From positions 11,387 to 75,386 of the forward strand of contig JBEKTQ010000020.1 of assembly GCA_049515895.1 (NCBI GenBank): a stretch of 64,000 bases of DNA. Reading direction: 5' to 3'. The notes beneath the pieces are model-generated. The model was not told the DNA's origin, ran no database searches, and saw only the letters and a list, made by a program, of their open reading frames with translations. Below, in pieces: positions 8,739-18,614 of this stretch (positions are counted from its first letter, which is position 1; each line of letters begins with the position of its first letter). The stretch is from Candidatus Bathyarchaeia archaeon (GTDB lineage: Archaea; Thermoproteota; Bathyarchaeia; Bathyarchaeales; Bathycorpusculaceae). A program made the position numbers and the translations under genes.

Positions 8739-10400
8739 TTACCACGCTTTCTTCCATGGAGCAAACTCTAAATCGTCAAATCGAAATACTTTTGCAGGAC
8801 AGGTCGACTCACATTTTCTGCAAACTTGGCCAGTGCAGCTCTCACTAGATACTCGTATCAGATGTTGTCCACTGTTTTCTTCAACCCTGAGTGCCTGTGA
8901 CATACAATTCTTTTCGCATATTCCACACCCTGTGCATCCTTCAAAAGTTGCATTCAAAATAATGCCGGCATGCTCGGTTATGTGTAAACCCTTTGGCCCA
9001 AAGTCCGCGATATCTCTGATAACTACTTTATGCACCTTAGCCTCGGTTCTTTGCTCAGGATAACTTGGAACCCTAAATCTCTTTGCAACAAACATTCTTT
9101 TTTCAGGCGTTAAACCATGTTCCCAATGGTCCATTTCAATAATGTATGCTTTCTTGAAAGTTTCGTCTTGGATGAAGGCAAAATATGTTGGCTTCATTGA
9201 ATCAGCCATTTCCTGCATTTTGTCAAGGCATTCTGGATCCACAGCGCAGTCGTTTGCCATAGCTAGGGAAGTGTTTCCAACTTGGTATATGTCGCTGACT
9301 GTAGGCAATGCTAGACCCATTTTTTGCGCTTTCACAGCATCCACATATGTTCCGCTTGCCCCACAAAGATACATGGATTTAATGTCTTCGAATGCTACTC
9401 CGCTTTTCTCAACTAATGCTGTATGTCCAGCTTTGAAAGCGGCAAAGCAACGGGTCGAATTTAAGTAGTCTTTTGGTGTGAAAACAATGTTTTGGTTTTT
9501 AGTTATGTGAAGGCAATGATCTGGCGTCTTTATATATGGAGGTAAACGTTGTAGCAAACCAGAATCGAAGCCTGTAGCCATTGTTGCAATGGTTCCTGTC
9601 CCAGTTATTCCTCTTGGTTCAAAATAAGTCGAAAGTTTCTCTTGCACTTCGCCCGTCTGAGAATTTGCAGTGAAGCTGTCTTGAGAAATCATGTCGTCGT
9701 TAAGAACTTGCATTTTCCAGTTGCCATTTTCCAATAGTGTTATATCGGAAATCGCCCCAGGCGATGCTAAGACACCTTTGTCTATTTCGCCACCTTCAAT
9801 GGCAGGCCCCGCTGCACATGAACCGGTATATAGTGTATCTCCGACTTTAAGTCCAATTTCAGCGTTTGTTCCGTAATCAGTGACCATACACGGCTTTTTT
9901 TGATCAAGAATTCCTGATTTGATGATCATTGCTAATGCGTCTGCGCCAATTTGCTGTTGAATAGTTGGAGGAATAAATACTTCAGCTTCAGGATTAATGG
10001 CTAAACCTAAGGAGCCGGCATCCATAACAGTAACTCTTCTATCGAGCCTTTTAACGCCAAGTCTCCGAAGCATATTGTCTCCGCCAAAAACTAGATCGCG
10101 AACTTCCATGCCTTGAAAAATTGACATTTGCGTTGGGTTTCCGCATAGAGCCATACGTTTTACAGCTTTAAGGTCAATTTCCAAAGAGTTTAGCAAAGTA
10201 TTTATTGTGTCTGTAATGATGCCATGAGCTACCGCCGAGCCTGCTTTGACTGCAAAGTGCAGATGGTCAATAACATTACTTCCAGGAAGAGGATTATGCA
10301 GAGATATGGCTGTTGATATTATTTTCTTGGTCTCGGCATCCAGAGCTTGTAGCCGGACGCCGCTGGTTCCGATATCTAAGCCAATTACTAACTCCGTAAT
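8739..10400 (-). CDS. ramA: Corrinoid protein reductive activase (RamA-like; ASKHA plus C-terminal 2x[4Fe-4S])
   Basis: Frame extends 5' of the track ORF to GLDIGTSG...HNPLPGSNVIDHLHFA; DYGTNAEI, AAGPAIEG, CTGCGICEKNC, CTGQVCRKCESTCP. Start appears non-canonical (about 10397-10412). Confidence 0.88.
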   Translation of the reverse strand: MTELVIGLDIGTSGVRLQALDAETKKIISTAISLHNPLPGSNVIDHLHFAVKAGSAVAHGIITDTINTLLNSLEIDLKAVKRMALCGNPTQMSIFQGMEVRDLVFGGDNMLRRLGVKRLDRRVTVMDAGSLGLAINPEAEVFIPPTIQQQIGADALAMIIKSGILDQKKPCMVTDYGTNAEIGLKVGDTLYTGSCAAGPAIEGGEIDKGVLASPGAISDITLLENGNWKMQVLNDDMISQDSFTANSQTGEVQEKLSTYFEPRGITGTGTIATMATGFDSGLLQRLPPYIKTPDHCLHITKNQNIVFTPKDYLNSTRCFAAFKAGHTALVEKSGVAFEDIKSMYLCGASGTYVDAVKAQKMGLALPTVSDIYQVGNTSLAMANDCAVDPECLDKMQEMADSMKPTYFAFIQDETFKKAYIIEMDHWEHGLTPEKRMFVAKRFRVPSYPEQRTEAKVHKVVIRDIADFGPKGLHITEHAGIILNATFEGCTGCGICEKNCMSQALRVEENSGQHLIRVSSESCTGQVCRKCESTCPAKVFRFDDLEFAPWKKAW

Positions 10401-10408
10401 TATTCCCT

Positions 10409-10894
10409 TCAGTCCGGCTTGATTGTTACTTCCGTTTTCAATTCTATTTTTGTCCCTGCCTGCAGGGCGCGCAAGGCGAAACTGTATGACTTAACAAAGT
10501 TTCCGCAGCGAATGGCTTTCTCCTTGTTCGCTTCGCTATTTGTTGTAACGTAAATTATTGCATTAACATTGTCTAAGGAGTATCCGCCGACCATAGATGA
10601 TTTAACTTCCGCCTCAATATTTACTTTTAAGTCGCTTATTTCAAGACGCATACGTTCTTTAGCGTACAAGAATGTAGTTAGAATGCAGCCGCCAAAGCCA
10701 TTAAAGAAAATTGAACAAGGACTTGGCAAATCTCCTTTTCCTCCAAATTCCGTGGGCTTATCCAGACTTAGAGTATATTTCAAGCCTTGAACAGAATCTC
10801 CGAAACGACAGTTTCCACCGGTTTTTTTGTCCCAAGCCACTTCTGCAAGATATTTTAAATCGCTCGGAACGGCACTTTGAATTTTAGCATTCAT
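10409..10894 (-). CDS. OsmC/Ohr-family protein
   Basis: DKPTEFGGKGDLPSP...GGC pattern and size. Confidence 0.8.
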   Translation of the reverse strand: MNAKIQSAVPSDLKYLAEVAWDKKTGGNCRFGDSVQGLKYTLSLDKPTEFGGKGDLPSPCSIFFNGFGGCILTTFLYAKERMRLEISDLKVNIEAEVKSSMVGGYSLDNVNAIIYVTTNSEANKEKAIRCGNFVKSYSFALRALQAGTKIELKTEVTIKPD

Positions 10895-10922
10895 TTTTTA
10901 CCCACTTCATTTTTGCCTTGTT

Positions 10923-12377
10923 TTATCGTCGGATGAGATTCACGATTTTTTGATCAGAGTCGTAAACATGGATTTCAAGAGGCATCTGCCCCACAGCAAA
11001 ATGCGTCGCACAACCAAAACAAGGGTCATATGCCCTAAAAGCCATCTCAATCTTGTTCAACACGCCTTGGTCGTAGCTACCCTTGTGAATGAGCCCTTTA
11101 GCTGCATCACGAATAGACATGCAGATGGCAGGGTAGTTGTTGGTTGTCGCCACAATCATGTTTACACTTTTAATCAACGCATCTTTGTCTAAAGTGTAGT
11201 GATGGAATAAGGTTCCTCTTGCAGCTTCTACCACACCAACGCCTTCTCCAGGTTCACCTGGTTTTGCGCGCAAGTTAGTGCTCGTTATCTCGGAATCCTT
11301 AGATAGCTCCAAAGTCCGCTCTGTAGCATAAAGTAGCTCGATCAGTCTAGCCCAGTGGAAAGCAAGCGTACTGTGGACAGGTTTGCCACCTAACGTCTTA
11401 TACATGACCTCGTATTCTGATTGGGCTAACGGAGTAGCCATGCCGCTAGAAGCATTTAGTCGCGCAAGTGGACCCACTCGGTAAATGCCGCTTCCAAGGC
11501 CAGCTGTCAACCCTTTCCAACCAACCTTTTTCAGGTACGGGAATTTCGCGTATGACCATTCCTCAACGTGCTCACCTATCTGATTCGCATAATCGCTTCC
11601 TGCAAATTTTAAGAGCTCCTGACCTAATGGGTCTACAACGCGGATTTTTCCGTCGTAAAAATTAACCTTGTTGTTGCTGTCAACCATGCCCATGTAATAG
11701 GTTTTCTCGGTGAACGCGTCGCTCATAATCATGTCAACATATTTGCTGTTTCCAAGCACAATGTCATGGAATATCTTCAGTGTAAATTGAGCGAAGCCAA
11801 TTGAAGACTCTGCCATGCGCTCGATTTCTTTCCTATTTTCCTCACTTAGTGCTTTAGAAATTCCACCAGGTAATCCGCATACAGGATGAGTTGCCTTTCC
11901 ACCGATGATTTCAGTTATTTTTTGGCCGTAAGCTCGGTGTTTGATTACTTCCTTTGCCACATCTAAGCCAGCCTTCTCAATTACACCCAGAATATTGCGT
12001 TTTTCTGGCGGAGCATCAGGACCAACTATGAAGTCTGGGCCGCCTAGGAAGTAGAAATGTAATGTGTGATCATAAATGTAATATGCAGAATTCATTAGTT
12101 CTCGAAGTTTCTTCGCAGCAGACGGCGGCTCTACATTAAAAGCCTGATCTAAGGCCTTCACTGAAGCAAAATGGTGAGCAACCGGGCAGACTCCGCAGAT
12201 TCTTGTCGTAAGCTGAGGCATAAGTTCAGCTCTTCTTCCAACACAGAACTGTTCAAAACCGCGAAGTTCTGGAACTTTGAGGTAGGCGTTTTCAACTTCG
12301 CCTGCGTCATCGAGGAATATAGAGATGTTTCCGTGACCTTCAAGTCGTGTGATTGGGTCTATCACTATTTCCTTCAT
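10923..12377 (-). CDS. mvhA: F420-non-reducing [NiFe] hydrogenase large subunit (group 3c)
   Basis: TRLEGHG, RICGVC, DPCFGCATH. Confidence 0.96.
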   Translation of the reverse strand: MKEIVIDPITRLEGHGNISIFLDDAGEVENAYLKVPELRGFEQFCVGRRAELMPQLTTRICGVCPVAHHFASVKALDQAFNVEPPSAAKKLRELMNSAYYIYDHTLHFYFLGGPDFIVGPDAPPEKRNILGVIEKAGLDVAKEVIKHRAYGQKITEIIGGKATHPVCGLPGGISKALSEENRKEIERMAESSIGFAQFTLKIFHDIVLGNSKYVDMIMSDAFTEKTYYMGMVDSNNKVNFYDGKIRVVDPLGQELLKFAGSDYANQIGEHVEEWSYAKFPYLKKVGWKGLTAGLGSGIYRVGPLARLNASSGMATPLAQSEYEVMYKTLGGKPVHSTLAFHWARLIELLYATERTLELSKDSEITSTNLRAKPGEPGEGVGVVEAARGTLFHHYTLDKDALIKSVNMIVATTNNYPAICMSIRDAAKGLIHKGSYDQGVLNKIEMAFRAYDPCFGCATHFAVGQMPLEIHVYDSDQKIVNLIRR

Positions 12378-13363
12378 TGTTTAGTCACCTTTCGTCTTAA
12401 GATTGAGCTTGGTAGCGAATACATATAGAACGTTCCAAGTGGATCTTTGATTTGATCCATAAGCTTGTCCACGTCGTCTTGAGTGTAATGTTTCTGCTCA
12501 TCATTTAGGTCAAAGATAGATGCCAATGCACTCATCATCGCTGCTCCTTGCTCCAATACGTTTGGACAAGGACCTCCGCAGCCCGTGCAGGGCATGTCAA
12601 CAGTTAAACATTGAGCGCCACAGCCACTTCTAGTAGCTACACCCATGCAGAGTATTCCCTGCTCGAGCAGACATTTCTCCGGCTCTGGAGCTTTTTCGTA
12701 AACCCGATAAATCTTGTCTACGCTCTTGTTTTCTTTCTTCCGCGGGCATTCAAAGCAAACTGACTCCAAAGGAGCCAAGACTGAACCTTTGGGCGGCAAC
12801 TGGTTCTTCGCTATCGCATCGACTGCTTTTAGGATCAGTTTAACGGGTGGAGGACAACCAGGCAGATAATAGTCCACATCAACTGTTTGACCCAAAGTCT
12901 TTACAGTATCGTACAGTTCTGGGAGTTTTAAGGTGCCCTCTTTCGCCTTAAAAGAGGTCAAAGGGACCACACCAGTTTGATTTAATGTGGATGGATTCTT
13001 TAGGTAAACTGTTTCAAAGATTTCTTGCCGAGTGTGCAAGTTAGCCAGACCTGGTATGTCTCCTTCATGAGCGCAAGAACCGAATGCTATAAGTGTTTTA
13101 GACTTCTGTCTCATCAGTTTGGCCATGTGCTCTTGCTCTTCGCTGCGGATTGAACCGTTGAAAAAGCAAACATCGATGTATTTGTCAGGCATTGCTTCCA
13201 CGGCTTTATACTTGATGTCCATTGCTACTGGCCAAAACACTATGTCCGCAATTCCTACGAAATCAAGAATTTTTTCATTCATGTCCAAAACGGCTATTTC
13301 GCATCCGCCACAACTTGCAGCCCAGTAAAACGCCACTTTGAGCTTTTGTGCACTCATTTTCAA
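12374..13363 (-). CDS. mvhG: [NiFe] hydrogenase small subunit
   Basis: SCGGC, GSCA, PGCPP, CTGCGGP. Confidence 0.95.
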   Translation of the reverse strand: MKMSAQKLKVAFYWAASCGGCEIAVLDMNEKILDFVGIADIVFWPVAMDIKYKAVEAMPDKYIDVCFFNGSIRSEEQEHMAKLMRQKSKTLIAFGSCAHEGDIPGLANLHTRQEIFETVYLKNPSTLNQTGVVPLTSFKAKEGTLKLPELYDTVKTLGQTVDVDYYLPGCPPPVKLILKAVDAIAKNQLPPKGSVLAPLESVCFECPRKKENKSVDKIYRVYEKAPEPEKCLLEQGILCMGVATRSGCGAQCLTVDMPCTGCGGPCPNVLEQGAAMMSALASIFDLNDEQKHYTQDDVDKLMDQIKDPLGTFYMYSLPSSILRRKVTKQ

Positions 13364-13809
13364 TTCACCTTATTTAAGTCGCCGCCATTTTTTAGAGGGC
13401 TTGGACCTAGTTTCCTAATCTGTTCTGTAATTTCGATCATGGTCTTAGCAAAGCGATCTCCTTCAGAAGCTGAAATCCACTCTATTCTGAGCCGTTCAGG
13501 CTCTAAGCCAAACTGAGCCAAAACTTTCTTCAGAAGAGCGATTCTTCGCTGTGCCTTGAAATTTCCGGAAATGTAGTGACAGTCAGAGGGTAAATGACAT
13601 CCTGCTATCAACACTCCATCCGCGCCGCTTTTGAAAGCTTCAAGCACAAAAGCTGGATCAACCCGCCCGCTACACATAACGCGGATTATTCGTACGTTTG
13701 TCGGGTACTGCATTCTGCTAATTCCTGCGAGGTCTGCACCCGCGTAACTGCACCAGTTGCAGAGAAAACCAACAATCTTAGGTTCGAAAGCCAACTCAGT
13801 CTCAGTCAT
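13360..13809 (-). CDS. mvhD: Hydrogenase [2Fe-2S] subunit D
   Basis: FLCNWCSYAGADLAG, VMCSGRV, GCH..DCHY. Confidence 0.96.
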   Translation of the reverse strand: MTETELAFEPKIVGFLCNWCSYAGADLAGISRMQYPTNVRIIRVMCSGRVDPAFVLEAFKSGADGVLIAGCHLPSDCHYISGNFKAQRRIALLKKVLAQFGLEPERLRIEWISASEGDRFAKTMIEITEQIRKLGPSPLKNGGDLNKVN

Positions 13810-13810
13810 T

Positions 13811-14677
13811 TTAGGTCGCTCCTATCATTTCAACTACATTATCAGTTGAAACTCTGTTTTCACCTAGCCCAAGTTCATTTGGACTCAGACCTTGAGCAAG
13901 CCCTAACAGCTGTGTGTAATGGAGCACCGGAATCGCCAAATCCCGAAGCTTAGCACCCGCAACCAAATCAAATTGCATATGGCAAGCCGGACAAACGGTA
14001 ACCATGGCGTCAGCTCCTGCTTTCTTGATGCTTTTTAGTTTCGCCTTCCCGAGATTCAAAGATAATTCTTCGTCAACGCCGCCTGCAGACTGACCACAGC
14101 AGAGCTTTTTCTCGCCATAATCAACGACTTTTGCTCCAGTCAACGCTATTAGAGAGTCAAGTAGCTGTGGATCTTCAGGGTTGTCTGTGTTTATCTCATA
14201 TGAAGGTTTTAAAATATGGCAACCATAATGAGGCGCCACTTTCAAGTTGGTAAGCGGTTTGACAATGCTAGCCTTAATTTTTTCCATTCCTACTTCATCG
14301 ATTAAAACGTTCATGAAGTGCTTAATTTCGGAAGTACCAGTGAATTTTCTGTTGATTCTCTTCAGGATGCTGTTCACTTGGTCATACAATTTCTTATTTG
14401 TAAGTAACTCTTTTTTGACTCGATTTAGTTGTCCGTAGCATGCTGGACATGGAGTGACGGCGTTTAATCCACTTGCGTCAAATAGCGCGAGATCTCTTGC
14501 AGCCATTACTGTTGCACTCAGGTGATCCACTGGATCCACAAAAAAACCACAACAGTTCTGCTCTTCTAGAGCAACCAACTCGATATCCAGTTTTGCAGCT
14601 ACTTTTCTCATGGAAAGCTCGTAAGCATTTTCTTTTTGCGGGGTTGTGCAACCTTGGAAAAACACGTACTTCATCAT
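13811..14677 (-). CDS. hdrB: Heterodisulfide reductase subunit B
   Basis: Two intact CCG domains: GC..CCG..CPAC and GCH..CCG..CPAC. Confidence 0.95.
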   Translation of the reverse strand: MMKYVFFQGCTTPQKENAYELSMRKVAAKLDIELVALEEQNCCGFFVDPVDHLSATVMAARDLALFDASGLNAVTPCPACYGQLNRVKKELLTNKKLYDQVNSILKRINRKFTGTSEIKHFMNVLIDEVGMEKIKASIVKPLTNLKVAPHYGCHILKPSYEINTDNPEDPQLLDSLIALTGAKVVDYGEKKLCCGQSAGGVDEELSLNLGKAKLKSIKKAGADAMVTVCPACHMQFDLVAGAKLRDLAIPVLHYTQLLGLAQGLSPNELGLGENRVSTDNVVEMIGAT

Positions 14678-15195
14678 ATCACCTTTTTGCTTTGATTCTC
14701 CTTTGATTTCAGAGTTTTTACTTCGTCTATGATTTTCGCGATCTCCTGTCTATCTAAGGATGTGACGGGAGGAAGCCCCAGGTCGCCACGCATTTCGTTA
14801 ATAAAGTCCGGCGAATCGAAAGTCTTTCCGTATTGAACGATGGCTTCAGCGACTTTCTTGTAGTACGGATTAATTTTCCCTTGCTCAACAGCCATGTTCC
14901 GGAGAACACGCATTATGTCAGTAAAGTGCACTCCCTGTGGGCAACGCTCGCTGCAGGAATAGCAAGTTGCGCAGAGCCAAATCGTGGGACTATCTAATGC
15001 AAATTCACGAAGACCTAACATCACCGCTCTGATTACTTGGGCTGGACGATATTGATTCTTGAAGCGCTCTATAGGGCAGGTGGCTTCGCATTTCCCGCAT
15101 TGAAAACACTGCCGCAAGGTTTCCCCGCCGGATTGCGCTGAAACTTCATATTTGAACGAGGGATCAATTCTAAAACTGTTCTCAACTGATTGCAT
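14674..15195 (-). CDS. hdrC: Heterodisulfide reductase subunit C
   Basis: CFQCGKCEATCP and CATCYSCSERCPQG. Confidence 0.95.
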   Translation of the reverse strand: MQSVENSFRIDPSFKYEVSAQSGGETLRQCFQCGKCEATCPIERFKNQYRPAQVIRAVMLGLREFALDSPTIWLCATCYSCSERCPQGVHFTDIMRVLRNMAVEQGKINPYYKKVAEAIVQYGKTFDSPDFINEMRGDLGLPPVTSLDRQEIAKIIDEVKTLKSKENQSKKVI

Positions 15196-15197
15196 GA

Positions 15198-17222
15198 TTA
15201 TGCTTCCTCCTGAATCTTAATTGGTTCTGTCTTACCCGTGCAATTGCTCGCTTCTGGTGCCAATGCTCTTATCTGAGCCAAGATTTGTTGATCCGTGAAA
15301 TGCCGCAGCGATATCGATTTTGTTGGACATGCTGAAGCACAAACACCACATCCCATGCAGGTTATCTCAGATACTGATGCCACTTGCTTGCCTTTCTTCT
15401 CCTCCATCTTTATCGCATCATACTTGCACAGTGAAACGCAAACTCGGCAACCGCTACAAAAATCTTCATTCACTACGGCAATTGAAGACTCGGTTCTTAT
15501 TTTTCCTTTAGAGAGGAGTGATGCAACGCCTGAGGCGGCTGCTTTCGCCTGCGCGACACTAGCAGGTATGTCCTTTGGCCCTTGACAGGCACCAGCGAGA
15601 AATACACCCATTGTGGGCGTGTCAACAGGTCTAAGCTTCGGATGAGTCTCCAACAGGAACCCATCTGCTCCCCGCGGAATTCTTAGAATTCGGGTTAGGT
15701 CTGCAATTCCTTTTGGCGGGATCATTCCTATAGATAGAATTACCATGTCAAGGTCTACTTCCACCATTTTTCCCAAGACAAGATCTACCACTCTCACGGT
15801 CAAGTTCTTCGTTTCAGGGTCTTCGGTTAGTTCAGCCGGTATTCCTTTTACAAAGGTAACCCAAAGGTCACGCGCCCGTTGGTAGAACTCTTCAAATCCT
15901 TTTCCAAATGCTCGAATATCATTGTAGAAAATATAAACTTCATATTCGGGGTGCTTTTCCTTTATCAAGACAGCTTGTTTGATGGCGCTCATACAGCAGA
16001 TGTTTGAGCAGTAGATATTTCCTGTTCTTTCATCTCTGGAGCCTACGCATTGAATGAAAGCAATCCTGTGTGGTTCTTTGCCATCCGATGGACGCAAAAG
16101 TTTGCCTTCTTGCGGACCAAATGCACTGATCAATCTTTCAAAATCCAAGCTTGTAACAACGTTTTTGTATTTTCCATATTGGAACTCCTTCAGCGTGGAT
16201 GGGTCGAAGGGCTCAAAACCAGTGGCAACGATGACAGCGCCTACATCTAGTTCGACGATTTGGTCTTTTTGTTCATAGTCAATTGCTTTGGCTTCGCAGA
16301 ATTTTTCGCATAATTTGCAGACACCCTTGGTGAAGTACAGGCAGTGTTCTTTGTCAATTGTGTAGATTGCTGGAACTCCCTGGGGAAACGGTATGTAGAC
16401 TGCTTTTCGCATTCCCAGATTCATGTCAAACTCGTTAGGCGTTTTTACTGGACATTTTGATGCACAAACTCCGCAACCGACACATTTCTTCTCGTTAACG
16501 AATCTAGCCTTTTTCAGGACCTTTACGTGAAAGTTTCCTGCAACGCCTGAAACCTCTTGAACCTCGCTGTTTGTTAGAAGGGTAACATTTGGGTTCTTGG
16601 CTACATCCACCATTTTCGGCGCAAAAATGCAAATCGAACAGTCCATGGTTGGGAAGGTCTTATCGAGTTGAGCCATATGCCCGCCTATTGTAGGTTGTCT
16701 TTCGACCAGACATACTTTGTAGTCTTGTTCTGCAAGGTCAAGAGCTGATTGAATACCGGCTATACCTCCACCGATGACTAATACTGATTTGAGTGCGGGA
16801 ACCTCTTTTACTTCCAAGGGCTCTAGAAGCCGGCTTCTGGCAACAGCCATGCTTACCAATTCTTTGGCTTTTTGGGTGGCCTTGGCGGGTTCCTTCATGT
16901 GAACCCATGAGGATTGCTCTCTTATGTTGACCATTTCGAAAAGGTAGGGATTGAGCCCTGCCTGCTCCATTAATTTTCTGTATGTTGGTTCATGCATTCG
17001 AGGCGAACATGCTGCGACGATTACTCTGTTGAGCTTTTGTTCTTTAACATCCTTTTTGATCATTTCTTGACCGGGGTCGGAACATGTGTATTTATAATCT
17101 TTAGACACAACAACATCCGGAAGAGTTTTCGCAAATTCTGCCACTGCTTTCGCGTCCACTGTGGCAGCAATGTTCAAACCACAGTGACAAATGTAGACAC
17201 CTATTCTTGGTTTCTCAGTCAT
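15198..17222 (-). CDS. hdrA: Heterodisulfide reductase subunit A
   Basis: IGVYICHCG, AACSP, GGGIAG, LDKTFPTMDC, QCVGSR, ferredoxin motifs. Confidence 0.97.
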   Translation of the reverse strand: MTEKPRIGVYICHCGLNIAATVDAKAVAEFAKTLPDVVVSKDYKYTCSDPGQEMIKKDVKEQKLNRVIVAACSPRMHEPTYRKLMEQAGLNPYLFEMVNIREQSSWVHMKEPAKATQKAKELVSMAVARSRLLEPLEVKEVPALKSVLVIGGGIAGIQSALDLAEQDYKVCLVERQPTIGGHMAQLDKTFPTMDCSICIFAPKMVDVAKNPNVTLLTNSEVQEVSGVAGNFHVKVLKKARFVNEKKCVGCGVCASKCPVKTPNEFDMNLGMRKAVYIPFPQGVPAIYTIDKEHCLYFTKGVCKLCEKFCEAKAIDYEQKDQIVELDVGAVIVATGFEPFDPSTLKEFQYGKYKNVVTSLDFERLISAFGPQEGKLLRPSDGKEPHRIAFIQCVGSRDERTGNIYCSNICCMSAIKQAVLIKEKHPEYEVYIFYNDIRAFGKGFEEFYQRARDLWVTFVKGIPAELTEDPETKNLTVRVVDLVLGKMVEVDLDMVILSIGMIPPKGIADLTRILRIPRGADGFLLETHPKLRPVDTPTMGVFLAGACQGPKDIPASVAQAKAAASGVASLLSKGKIRTESSIAVVNEDFCSGCRVCVSLCKYDAIKMEEKKGKQVASVSEITCMGCGVCASACPTKSISLRHFTDQQILAQIRALAPEASNCTGKTEPIKIQEEA

Positions 17223-17303
17223 TATGTTCACTCTAACCTTTGCGCTCTCGAACGTAGCTCTTTCTAGATTTGAATTGCTCTTAGTGCTTATAGACTCTGG
17301 TTA

Positions 17304-17317
17304 GTTGCAAAAGCGAC
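17304..17317 (-). promoter_or_regulatory. Putative operator upstream of the hdrA operon
   Basis: Minus strand reads GTCGCTTTTGCAAC, 11 nt, TATAAG. Confidence 0.7.
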
Positions 17318-17592
17318 AAACAGAGAATCAAAACATCCATTTGTCGACCCAAGTTGTATGAAAGGTCTTGAAAAGCTGAGAGCAACATCTGGATTTTTGA
17401 GCTCCAAGACTTAATTCAGTTTCGTGTTTTTCTCCAAAAATGAAATCGGCGGCTACAAAACGTACAAATGAATGTCGAAGCCAAAATTCCCGCCAAGACT
17501 TTGATGCAGCGCGCGCGAAACCAATTTTAAAAGGAAGAAAAACAAGCTCCAAACTAAAGTCTTCTATTAACTTACGGATTTCAAGAAGATTT

Positions 17593-17919
17593 TTACTCTT
17601 TTACTACTTCATATGTAAGGTTTTTCTTCAATCCAATTCCCATTTCCATCTCACAAGCTTTTACCACGCCTAAGGGAATAGGACAAATACAGTGAGGTAT
17701 AGTCTCTTTCATCATATCGGGATAAGTGCGCATACTTGCGGTTTTAAATTTCATCTTGAAGACATCCAGATTTTTGCATTCGCTCTCAAGACAAACGTCA
17801 ACTTCCATTCGGGGATTCTGTCTTTCGTTGGACTGTTTTTGAACTGTTACCACAGCTTTCATCATGCAATTACCTGGATCAATCCTGATTTTTGTTACCA
17901 TTGAAAAGGCTCCTCTCAC
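17593..17919 (-). CDS. Small Cys protein resembling DUF6951
   Basis: IDPGNC...ESEC...HCICPIP.GVVKACEME pattern. Confidence 0.6.
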   Translation of the reverse strand: MRGAFSMVTKIRIDPGNCMMKAVVTVQKQSNERQNPRMEVDVCLESECKNLDVFKMKFKTASMRTYPDMMKETIPHCICPIPLGVVKACEMEMGIGLKKNLTYEVVKE

Positions 17920-18614
17920 TTTGCTCGCTTTTCGGGCTTTTTAGGACTTGTCGTTATGTTAAACCCAACCAACAAGGTTCCAAGTCGGACGTCTTCCATG
18001 GAGAGATTAAACGTCTTCTTAAAATACTGATCAACTGACCGGGAAGGCCAACCACATGTCAAGTCTTTAATCCCATCGGTGTTTTCCAACCCCTTCTTAA
18101 ATCCGTCATGTGGAAGCGAGAACGGAAGCGTTGTGAACTTCACCGGTACACCTCTCTTACCTCTTAGTTTATACGTGTAGATTACGAATGGCCGTGAGCT
18201 CTTCCCGGTAAATAAGTAGCCTGGCTTTCCCCTAATCTCTTCCAACTTTACTGGGTCAGATATTTCTTCGCCGACGATTTCGCCGTTGGCCTTAAGGAGT
18301 ATTGTCGGATCTCTATACTCAAAGGTCTCGTCGTTAGTTATGAGAAGTACGACATCTCTTGTTAAGACTTCCTTTACGCCTTGATTTTCGATGCCTGCGC
18401 CGAATTGCACGAGTTTACTTTCTTCAGCAGTTTCCAACTCAAGTACTTTCTTTCGTTGGGAATCATCGAGCTCTTGTAAAATTGAACAAACACCCTTGCA
18501 TTCCTTTACAATAGAACAGACTCTTTCAGTGCATTTGGCAGACGTCAAATCGGCGCGACGGCCACTTTTTGTTTTTCTATTGTCAGTCTGATTTGTTTTA
18601 GTTGACAATTTCAA
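17916..18614 (-). CDS. Hypothetical protein
   Basis: 232 aa ORF overlapping both neighbours by 4 nt. Confidence 0.7.
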   Translation of the reverse strand: MKLSTKTNQTDNRKTKSGRRADLTSAKCTERVCSIVKECKGVCSILQELDDSQRKKVLELETAEESKLVQFGAGIENQGVKEVLTRDVVLLITNDETFEYRDPTILLKANGEIVGEEISDPVKLEEIRGKPGYLFTGKSSRPFVIYTYKLRGKRGVPVKFTTLPFSLPHDGFKKGLENTDGIKDLTCGWPSRSVDQYFKKTFNLSMEDVRLGTLLVGFNITTSPKKPEKRAK

